64,000 nt of DNA from Bigelowiella natans CCMP2755 (taxonomy: Eukaryota; Protista; Cercozoa). Positions 27,306 to 38,241 of the stretch are shown piece after piece. Below the pieces are notes generated by a model. It worked only from the letters and a program-made list of their open reading frames with translations. It was not told the origin of the DNA and searched no databases. The position numbers and the translations under genes were made by a program. The stretch is taken from the NCBI GenBank assembly GCA_000320545.1, contig ADNK01000544.1, positions 131,569 to 195,568 on the forward strand, read 5' to 3'. How positions within the stretch are numbered: the stretch's first letter is position 1; the number at the start of each line of letters is the position of its first letter.

Positions 27306-28465
27306 ACAGACAGAGAGAGAGAGGGAGAAGGGAAGGGCTTGTGGTGCATCTCGGTCTGGGGGCCTTCTGTGATAAATTTTTAAGAAAATGTGCACCAGCT
27401 TATCTATTTCTTGAAACACCTTAGGAGCGCATTCAGAAGGAAAAGGAAATGGAAGCTATGTATCATAAATTGCAGATGGAAGGTGCAAAGCGTCTCAAGG
27501 ATAGAGAAGACAAAGAGAAAGAGATGAGGTTAAAGCAAGCTAAGGATTTTGCGCTGGAGCAGAAAAAGCAATTAGCAGAGTATCACGCACGGGAGGAAGC
27601 AAGAAAAGAAGAGGAAAGAGAAATTGGCCGACGGGCGCTTGCACTAGCAAAAAAAGTTAAATTAGAAGCGGAAGAAGCTCAAACGGAGAAATTGAGAATG
27701 ATAGCAGCCAAGAACGTTCAGAGAGTCCACGATAATGAACGACTAGAGAAGTACAAAAAGAAGTTGAGAAAAAAGGAAGCTCTTGAGATGAAAAAAATAG
27801 AAGATTATGCTAAAATGAAGGAAAAGCAGCTTGCTCAAAGAAAATGGCAGCAGGCAGAAAATTTTCGTAAGAAGCAAGAAATTCGCCAGAAAATTATTGA
27901 CGATCAAGGAAAGAGGCTTGCTGAAATAAAGAAGCAGCAGAAAGCTGTTGAGTTGAAGCAAAATAATGATTCAGAGAAAAAGAGGCTCGAGGAATTGAGG
28001 AAGAAAGAAGAAAAGCTAAACAAACTCATGGAAGACATTAATCGATCTAGGCAACAGCAGTTACGATACAAGCAAAACCGGCGTGAGAAAGAATTAGAGC
28101 ATGATCAAGCGCTTGCACTGCACACGCGGGAGAGAGTCAAACAATTGGTTGCGATGGAAAAGGCTGAACGAATGGCAGCTCTCAAAAAGAACAAAGAATA
28201 TGAAAGTTTCTTAAGAAAGCAAGCAAAAGAACGACGAGATCTTCGTGAGAAGGAAGCAAGGCAAACATTTGCTGAAGATAGGGCACGTATCAAGGCGGAA
28301 ATGGAGGAAAGTCAAGCTCTAGCTAATCACGTAGCGAAGCTACGTCTTGGAATGATTGATAAAGAGTTGGACACAACTCCACTTGATCGATACGCGCAAA
28401 AGCAGAACGTAGGTGCAGGAACCACAAACAGTGTCGTGGCTTCATCGTGGACAGGGCCGTTGTAA
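26712..28465 (+). CDS. CFAP210: Cilia/flagella-associated coiled-coil protein (TPH-domain family), CFAP210/CCDC173-like
   Basis: KKWPNTLENSRANKL...IDKEEA...ERKRQIERAQNILYNARDNVKQFNSSVL...KEQQKQI matches the CCDC173 pattern as I recall it; long E/K/R/Q coiled coil; three introns. Confidence 0.8.
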
Positions 28466-29450
28466 ACTACAGTGCTGGGCCATGTTCGCATTGATGCACA
28501 CAGATCCATGCAAACACATGACGTAATTGCACTATGAGGAGCGCTTTAATTTTCATTCACATGCAAATCAAAATTGTATTCTATTCATCCGCATTGCTAC
28601 ACAACGACTGCTAAATGCATGCTACGGCTTGATCAGCTGCAGCTCAGTGTCTAGAGCAAACGCAAATTGCCGCGTCTGCAGCTCACATCATGCCAGCGCG
28701 CTGGTATGTCTGTCTAGTAGACGATCGGATGACCATCCGCGCGCACGTGCGTGTCTTGCAGCTGCTAGGTGTGCATGTGTGCTTGCTGTTTGCACATCTG
28801 GTTTGCAGCATGCGCTTGGATTGATGTTGTTGAGCGTGCAGCACATGAGGCAGTCCGTGAAATTGCAAGGTGCACTTGTGACAGACATGCAATGCACAAC
28901 ACAACTGCATCAATCCCTGTGACGAGTGGGTTTTGAACAAACCATGCTTTGCGCGTGCGGCCTGGCGCGCTCAATCGTTGCAATTGAACATTTGAAGCAC
29001 ACTGGAGCCTGTTTTGGGTTCAAATTTGATTTTTTTTTCGAATTTCGGCTCAAAAACCTCACTTTTCAACGCCTGCCAGCAGGCAAAAATTGGAAATTTC
29101 TCACCACTTTTGGTCAAGCTGGCGCATTTGCATTTGCGTGCCACAACTTTTGCAAGCTCATGAGGGTGTGTGCACACTGGCTTCATGGACGTGCGAAGTT
29201 TCAGCACACGCACGCAAAAATCACTGGAGCAATCACATGTGAACGCATGCACAAAATGGACAAAAATGGGTTTTCACGTGAAGTTGCTGTGACACCGCTC
29301 TCAAATGAAAACTGAGCATTCCCATGCACTCAAACCCGTGCACCTCCTCGGAGACGTTGTGTGTGTGACAAAACCAGCGTCCCATCTGGATTTCGTGCAT
29401 TTCCAACGAACATGCACTTCACAATTTCACTGCTGGAGGTGTGGCGTGCG

Positions 29451-30250
29451 TCAAATGGAAATCCAGAATTCGCAAGGACAGTCCACAACAGCTGTCTTCA
29501 CTTCGCCCCAAGTTGCTGACAGGCATTTTTCTGGCATCAATGCACACAGAACTTTCATGTCTTCGAATGCGTGGACCACATGGTGATTGAGTTTGAAGTT
29601 GCGGCTGGAAAAAGTCACTGATGTGGGCTTCAAAATGACCTCACATGTGGATTTGGGCACGAAGAGGTTTTTTGTCTCGTGAGCTTCAGTTGGGTCATTT
29701 TCTGGCCTCAGACACGCATGCATGCATCTTCCTAGCTCATCAAGATGAGCACAAACTGCGTTGCACAGGGCCTCTTCATGGCATTCGGCTTTTTCAAACT
29801 GCTTGTGCAACTCTGTTTCAAAACTGTGAAAAGTGCACATTTCAGACACAATGTGGTTGTGATGCATCAGAAAAGTGTCAAACACCTTGAAACATCACTG
29901 TCTGAGTGTTTTTCTTTGTCTGAATCATCTGAATCTTCCTCATCGTCAGGCTCAGAGCTTGAAGAAGCAACATCCTCATTCTCCCACTTGCTCTCGTCTG
30001 CTCTTCCTGGAGCTGGAAAGTGAGGATTTTCACCAGATTCGTCGTCTGTTTCACCAAGCAACTCATTTTCCAGCGAAGTCCATGAGATTTGGTTCACGGG
30101 GATGTTTGCTTTGCGCTCAACCCCTTGGAGAGATCCACGGCATGCACGGCGAGAGCAGCAAGAGTGGCGGTGAAGAGTGGAAAAGACTTCATCGTCATTG
30201 GCAAAAGCACAGCCAGATGATGTGTTCACCTTCTAGATCTAGCTCTCCAT
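29451..30250 (-). pseudogene. Decayed intronless gene (two in-frame TAG, one frameshift, Tyr-free, His/Cys-rich)
   Basis: ATG at 30250 reads ATG GAG AGC TAG ATC TAG AAG GTG..., in frame with ORF 30229-29867, which overlaps ORF 29885-29451. No Tyr in about 260 codons. Confidence 0.6.
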
Positions 30251-30325
30251 TTGTGACCAGCGCGGCGGACAATTTCCTAGATGCCACTCGCAGATCTAGC
30301 AAAAAAAAGTAAAAAAAAAGTAGCG

Positions 30326-31041
30326 ATGAGTCAGGTTTTTTGGATTCATGTGTCAAAAAACGCAAGTCGTCTTGATCTTTTCTCCAGCATTTTCTGAAAT
30401 TCCATGCTGCCTGATGATGCATCGCGGATGGCACTTCTCAGGCCGCATTTCCAGAATTCCGATCCATTCTGTCAAATGCGACAACGAAAACACGACACAT
30501 TTGTTGGGCGAAATTGGCATCTGTCTTGAACTCATTGAATTCTCCTGACACCTCATTCATGTTTTCACCCGGTGACACCGGGCACTTCCTACGATTTCTT
30601 CCTGGTGCAGAACTGATCCGTGCAAGCCTCCGAGTGCTCTTCCCCCCTTCTCCCACCTCTCCCTTCTGCAGGATGCAGATGGATTTGCCGTCCCTGCAAA
30701 CGATGACAGACTCCATCAGTGCAATTACGCTCTTCGCGGAGCATCATGGACACCGCATTTCGGACCTGAAGGTCTGCGACGGAGAGGGTGTGACCCAGCT
30801 AGCCTGTGGAGCTTTGCAACGATGCTCAATTCGTGCGTCAATGAACTGCGAACAAAGTCGGTGCATCAAAAGCGGAGAAGCCTCGGGTGTTTTTCCTTGT
30901 CTCCCAGTCGACAGCAGAACCCTTCAACACACTTCGTTTGCAATTGACTTCAAAGATGTGAGGAAAGCAGAAAGGGCTCTCGAGCTATTAGCAGAGTTCT
31001 GGTTTGTTGGCATCATCAATGTGCACGACAGAAGTGATTGA
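30326..31041 (+). pseudogene. Decayed intronless gene (frameshifted, Tyr-free)
   Basis: Overlapping ORFs 30348-30548 and 30514-31041 read as a plausible beta-rich protein once some H/C are restored to Y and M to I. Confidence 0.55.
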
Positions 31042-31468
31042 GGACGTAGGAAAAGAAAAGCAAGTTCACGGCTAGCCAACATGGCGGTAAAAGTTTGTGC
31101 GACGCCATGCTAGCTAGCATGTGGGCAATGGCGCGATGCTCGATCTGCGCTGCATTTTCAATTTTTGCCATCGCATGTCATTTTGTCATTTTCACATTTG
31201 AGCAAGATTGTGTTCACAGATGACGCGTGAAGTATGTGCCTGCTGTGATTTTCACTATGTCATTCCCGCAATTTAGTTCATGGAAGCAGTGGGCAAATTT
31301 TCATGTTTCGCGCAATTTTTGCTAAGGCACACGTGTCTATATACACATGACGAGCAACAGGCATCATATGAAATTGTGCATATGTTACACAAACGCTGTT
31401 GCATGCTAGCATGCTGCACAAAGCTACATCTAGATGTATCCCCCGGGATAAATGGGTGCTATGTAGAT

Positions 31469-32964
31469 CTACTCATTTCTCATCTCTAATCGTATTCCTG
31501 CCCTCCTAAAAATAGCTCGTGGATGAAATCGAACCTTGAATATTTCCCATCGCCGCTGAAATTCTGCTTCCCGTTCAGAGGCACTTAAATTTGCCAGTCT
31601 ATTTGCATAAGCATATGGGTGTATTATTATTTAAGGGTATCACAGTTCACTGCAATATTCCTGCTAGCTGGACGATGTGTACCTGAAGTATGCTGTCTCA
31701 ATTTCTTGAAAATCGACAAAGTCAACGATTCCGTTCCATAGAGCTTCGTCAAGATGATGGCATCGTTGCGATATAAACAGCGAACGTGTATTGAGAATCT
31801 GGGAGACCCGTGGCTCCAACGACCATCGTGGCTCCACGTCGCCGCGTACAGGCCTGAGAATGACAATGCACATAAGAACATATCATAACCAACAGGCACA
31901 CATACTTATCATCCTTCCACATTATTTATTCCAATTGATTAGGAATCTTTAGAGCAATGCCCCCGTTTCTTATTATATCCTACCCCTTCCTCGAAACCTA
32001 CGCCAATGCCTTCTTTCTCTCCTTTGCCTCTTCTATACGTTTTACTTGTATGTATTTTTGCTGCTAGACAACCCTTATATTTCCCCCTCCACCCGCGTCA
32101 CCATGATCATGATCATCATTTCCATTGATGAGCTACTACTTGCAATTTTGATGGATAGACAAATGGATATCCTCGAACGAATCATCAGTCACTAAGTTCT
32201 TGAAAGACTCTTCATCCCAGATTTCGTAGAGGTTCAGTAGATGCTTTTGTAGTTTTATTCTCTCGGTAAGCAAACGCCAACATTCCTCACGACCCTTATT
32301 CACTCCTCGTAACCCTGTCCATGCAAACAACAACTCCGTTGTCATGGATGAATGTGTGTAGATGTGTGTGTGTGTGTGTGTGTTATGTATATATGGTGTA
32401 GTATTATTCCATGCACTACCTAAGAAGAGTAGTCGGGTCGGCACTTTCTCCTTACGAGGAGGTATCTGATGCCATTGTTTCACGTACCTGAGCAAGATAA
32501 GAACGATTATAGCGATAGCGTCAGCACCATATTCCACACAGACGAAATTTACGACTCAATTAGGGAGTACAACGAACATACCCCGCCGGCACATGCCTCG
32601 CCTTTGGAAGCCCTGGGCAATGATTAAGCGCTTCGGCGTTCCCAGCTCCATAGTCCCAAATCTCGTCGTAAGTGGCAACCTCCCACAACGTCGTGTTGGG
32701 GCAGAGCTGCGGGTTACGCGGATCGACGGATACGCTGTTTACAGGCTCCGTTTGGTATAGTACGGTGAAGACGCCTGCATCCTTGAACTTTCTCATTGTC
32801 TCATGGTAAAAGTGCCGTGTCCCCACCCAGATAGCGACATCGTGTGCTTTTGCCTGTAGGTGATGGTGATAACGATGGCAGTGATGGTAGCAAGGGCTAG
32901 TATCAATTTGATGCAGCAGACCCTCACATCATAGATCCCATGCTGTGAGTGTGTGTGTGTGTGT

Positions 32965-33005
<41 letters not shown>

Positions 33006-33827
33006 GGTGGCTAGTCCCAATGGGAGGTCGTTGGTGGTATACTACTACCTGACGGATGGTACTCCGATCTATATAAGGAATGAATCGGTAGCCAAGATAC
33101 CGGAAACCCTATAAATGACCAACAGTACAGAACACTAAAATAATGCCATTTACGAATTGCTGCAGCAAAATGCACATATACGTCAGGCGGCTTTACCTCG
33201 ACGAGCGTCTCAATGATCATTTTATACAAGTAGTAGTTACTCCATTCCATTACGATGAAGGCATTTCTTGTCGTTGTCTCTGTTTTCACTCTGTCGTTCT
33301 TTGCAACATCGATGAGCTCCTGGACACCAGCTCTCTGCATAATTTGCGCCGGGTTAAATCGGGTTCTAAATAGTTTCCAGCGCTCATCCAGAAGTTGTTG
33401 TCGCTCCGACACACCCATGCCGACAAGTCTTTCGTATACGTTGATGATTTTCTCCTGCTCAACCTTGCGGAAGGAAAAATTCAATGAGATATCAATTCTC
33501 CTTTAGGTAGTAGTGCTCTCTCTCTCTGTGTCTGTTTGTGTCGTTTGTGTGTAGTATCGTTTCAGCTTGTTTGGCTATGGCAGTCTTACAAAATCGACGA
33601 TGCCTTTCCATGATTCCTCGTCCTTAGGATGACATCGCTCAGAAATCAGGAACGACTTGGTGTTCAAGACCACGGATGCCCTCGGCTCCAAAGACCTACG
33701 AGGTAGGCTATAATTATGACAATGATGACAACGATGATGACGACGACGACGAAGATGACAACAACATTTTTGGAAGACGTAATGGTTGATGCGCAAATAT
33801 CCTCCACACGCACACACACATACACAC

Positions 33828-33862
<35 letters not shown>

Positions 33863-34412
33863 ATATTTATATACGACTACAAATCACTTATGCAACAGCC
33901 AAAGAAAAGAAACATGAACACCCTCTGCATCCCACGTATAACATATTCATTTATGTTTTCCTCATAGAAAATGACAAAATCACCACTGAGGTGCAGTAGG
34001 ATCCTGATATCTCTGAAGCTGAAATTGTTCATCCTTTTCAAGCGGGCAGGGACGGTGAATCGACATAAAAATCTTGTTATTCTTCGCGTCCGCGCCTCCC
34101 TCAATATAACGACTGAATTCATACGCGTTCCATAAGTTGTGTACACGCGAAAACTTTTCGCGAAACGTTTTGGATGCTTCTTTCATGCGCGCAAGACATG
34201 CCCAGCGGCTGTAATCGTTGCCCATAAATATGAGGCGTGTATCATTCCTTCCATCCTCGAAGAAAGGAGGAGCTCGAGGCCACTCTGCTATGTAGCCGGC
34301 AGGTACCTACCCGTTATGGTGATTCAGGATATGAGAATGTCATCGCTGCAACGAAGGCGTTCCATCCATGGGAACAATAGGCATCATTGTTACCATAAAT
34401 AAACTGTGGAAA

Positions 34413-34467
<55 letters not shown>

Positions 34468-37313
34468 TTGTTTCGGGACAAACAAATGTTATTTCATCCT
34501 CCAGTATGTTTTCTTCTTTTGAAATACATATCGAGTAGTGCGTGGTAGTCCCCTGCACTCAGCGATGGCCTTAATCTCCTCTACATTTCCAGCTCCATAA
34601 CTCCAAACTTCGTGTGCCATTCGCCACGGGTCTGCTTTTGAGCACTGCTTGATAAAGAAAGAAAGAGGTTGATTACTATGACCAACATGCACTAAATTGG
34701 AGCAAGGAGGATAAATGATGATAATAGCGTTGGGGGGGGGCTGAGGGGAGGGGCACCTGATTTGTGTCGTATCGATCAAACGGCTCAGTATTATAATGAA
34801 CGATATACACACCGCGTCTCTTCAAGTCTTTGATGATGAACTCGTCATCGTAAATTCCAACCCATATAAAAATATCACCCCTTTCCGCCTCTGGAGGATT
34901 CAATGGTTTCTCAAAGTATCTTACCCGTAAACCGAGCGACTTGAGTCCCTCGATTAACGTCATTACAATCATTCGAAGCTGTGCGTGGATGAATAAGTTA
35001 ATAAGATGATGGCGATAATGATGGTGGTGGTGGTGATGATACTGATGATGATGATAGTGACGAAGGATTTACTGACAGAAACTAATAATACAAGATGTGA
35101 ATGTGCCCACAAATTCATATTTGATATGCATGTATGTATGTATGTATGTATGTCTGTATGTTTGTGTTACCATGAAGACATATATAGAATAAGCCGTGTG
35201 CATTATATATACTGTTTGCACGTGATGAGGCAGTACGATCTCCCTCTGCATCTGATTGAAACCCATAAAACCATCATAAAAAATGCAATCACGTGGCGGC
35301 GAGGCAAATAAATACATGATCGCTTTCGCTCTTCATCGTTTCGGATCGAATTAGCTCTGGGACTATGTTTGCCCGTTTCATGAGCAAAAGTGGGCTAAAC
35401 CGGGACTTGAACATTTCCAATCGCTTTTGACTGAGCATTATTCTATCCTCTGAGCTCATTCGAGCAATCTTAAGGTAAGTCTCTTCAATCCTGCCCACTT
35501 CGACCTAGTAGTAGAACGGTGGTAAAGTGCAGCAAAACACATAGTAGTATCTTATTGTTTGGTGTACTTCGGTGACGATTCGATATGATATGGAGAGAAA
35601 TACTCCTTTAAGGCCAAACTTGTTCCCCTGCATCCCTAACCCCCTCTTTCCTTTTTCCCCTCTCTATTATTTTCTCTTTTATTCCTCAAAGCAGTAAACA
35701 GCCTCTATGCTCCTCTTCCCCTTCTATGTAATGTATTATTACAAAATCGACGATGCCCTCCCATAGTTTTTCTTCTTTCGGATGGCATCGTTCCGATATC
35801 AGCAACGCCCCCGTGCTTAGCAGAGGTCCTGTCTTTAGCGATGGCCGCGCTGTTTTCCCATTCGCAGAGACTTCGCATTGATTGTGTATGCTGAGGAAGA
35901 TTTTATCTTCCCCTCCTTCTGATCCCTCAATATGAGAGCGGAAATTGTGCTCATTTAAGCCCTCGTCAACGACGCCTAAATGCCTACTAAGTAGGGTTGA
36001 TTGTTGTAGATGTTGCCAGCAAAGAGAGAGAGAAGCTCCTAGCCCTTCTTTGCCAAAAAGGACGAGCTGGGGCATACTCCCTGACTGCTGTGATTTCAAA
36101 CATTAAGAGGGAGAAATACATCAATTTAGTCATTACTCAATTATCTCTTTTTTCTTCCGTGAGATATTATGCATTCGATTACTTTTGTTGGAGAATGCAT
36201 TCTAGGCGATCGGTTTAGAAAGCCCACAGGCAGATGACGGGCCTTCGGGGCATTGCGACAGGCAGAAATCGTGTCAACATTGCCGAGACCTGTGTCCCAG
36301 ACTTCGTGGAAAATATCAGAAAGTCCTACGTAGTCTATGCACCTGAGTTATTAAGTAGTTATATTGATTTTCTCCGGAACTTTAACCGCAGCTGCTTTGC
36401 AACAATATTGTTGACGAGACACTCGGGATTCGCCCCTGTCATTTGGAATACTCAGCGCATACTTTAGCCAAAATATACGGAAAATATACTGCCTCTGCAT
36501 ACGTAGCAAATACTTTTGAGGATATTACCTGTATGGGACCATGCTTTGATTGGCCTTCAAAGCTGCGAGGTCATTTTGAAATCCTGTCTGATACCACACA
36601 GTGATGACTCCCCTTTGCTTCAGAAGGCGAATGAAATAGAAGAGAGAGGACACGTCCTCTCCCACAAATATAGCCACGTCGCTAATCTTAGCTTCGTGTG
36701 GTAGATTAATATCGGGATCATCAAATAGATGCGTTCGGAACCTGCAATAGAAAGAATATAGTCATTGCAGCATCTTAACCACAAAGTTTCAATTTTTTCG
36801 AGTCTGAATGATTTCAACTTTGGTATCGTAGTTGTCGCGTTGCAATAATACACATAAACTTATGTATTATTAGAGCAACCCAAGCGCGTTAAATCCCTCC
36901 AAAGCTGTCATTGCCATAGCCTGCGGTGTGAGAGCGCGAGAACTTAGGATAACGTATGCCGTGGCGTCAATGGTCAGATGCTCGATTTTAGACCCTATAT
37001 GTATTGTATCAACAACAAAATTATACATCGGAGCATTCATACAGGTGTAAATTACGCACAGGGTACCTTGAAATTTGTTGTCGAGACTGATCGATTTTGG
37101 GAAAACTTCATCGATTGGTTGGACAACTTCATCAATTGGGGCGGATTCGGAAATCCTCGACGATAAATTTACGTCGGACTTGATGAGGAAAATCGTTAGC
37201 AGCGCCAATAAGACCGCAAGCCGCACACGATTTGATGAAGTCGTGCAAAGATACGATAATTTATTTTGCAGTCCCAAATTGTGGCCCCACGCCCCTCTCT
37301 CCCCCTCCCCCAT
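31469..37313 (-). CDS. Type II membrane protein with three tandem glycosyltransferase-like (GT-B) domains
   Basis: N-terminal TM (RVRLAVLLALLTIFLI). Three homologous units end in (L/M)SIH..C...L(N/S)T..(L/F)(L/F)IS(E/Q)RCH.....W.GIVDFV...R...F..RF.P. Units 2 and 3 also show IWVG...Y(N/Q)TEP...E(V/I)W(S/D)YGAGN...VPAGY. Confidence 0.8.
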
Positions 37314-38241
37314 CAGAGCGAAAGACCGAACACGTGCGTCAGGTTACGAGCATTCACTTCTGGAAGGTGTTCGGTATCGTCGTGTCACAATGTGCATTAA
37401 TAGTCCAGGTTTAGACCACGACGACATGGAATGTACAAACGAACAACAGCCTACGTTTAGACCACTACGACTTACAGAGATTCCAAGCGAAGGAGGAGAA
37501 ACCGAAAGAAACGGCAACAGGGCAACAATGCATTCCATTTTTATCTGAAATGGTTCGAAGCACGTGTAATCCAGCCCCAAAATGGGACCAATTTCTGAAA
37601 GTCTCAGTTGTGAAATTGGGCTCAAGCCTGCTGCATTAATGGTAATTTTTTAAGACGACTTCGAAAATAGATTGTCTCTCTTATAATTCGTAATCAAGTT
37701 CAGCTCTGGGAAAGAGGGCCAGAATCTGGTTCGAACGAATAGAAAGATAAAGAATACATATTTTTACAGATCTCAGACGCGAAACTAAGCTTATTGGATA
37801 AATGCGACATACATAATATAAACTTTACATGCGATTTTCACGTCGATCTGAATATATATTGCCAGGGCTTAGACTGTTAATTTCCTAACGAGAGGGGGAA
37901 GCAAGGAGGTGGAGCTCGCGAACGAAGGAGCACGATTCAACAGAGCATACAGGAGGAGCAACACGTCTAGATCTAGGCAAGAGATACTGATAGAAGTAGA
38001 AATTGCTGTGAACGCCTTCCTCTGACGAAGCTGGATCTCTCTCAGCAAGGTAAAGCGGATACTTTCCACGTCGTCCTTATGTATTGGTACTCACTTATAG
38101 AACGCATGCGCTTGTCAGCGCGTTATATGTTCTAAGGTGTAATCTCGACGTTTTTTGGTTTATCATCTAATTTTGTTAGTTATACGGATTAGTTTCATTC
38201 GCTGTTATTATTGGTGAAGTATACGCATATGTAAACACAGA

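Larger units (their letters stand above)
28768..31230. mobile_element. Hypermutated (TpA-erased) relic of a mobile or viral element with decayed intronless genes
   Basis: One TA in 28768-30233. Intronless, tightly packed divergent pseudo-ORFs around a short poly-A spacer (about 30295-30325). Element family not identified. Confidence 0.6.

Noticed and set aside
28768-30233. CpG methylation decay or classical RIP as the cause of the TG/CA excess
   Set aside because: CpG remains common and TA is lost rather than gained; both processes predict otherwise.
28527-31041. Dense overlapping ORFs in all six frames suggesting a compact gene cluster
   Set aside because: Loss of TA removes TAA and most TAG stops, so long ORFs arise by default. 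Only the two frames that revert to protein-like sequence were kept, as pseudogenes.
29451-31041. Alternative genetic code or Cys/His-rich metal-binding proteins
   Set aside because: Flanking genes use the standard code with normal Tyr and TAA/TAG/TGA stops, and the TA loss covers non-coding sequence and all codon positions.
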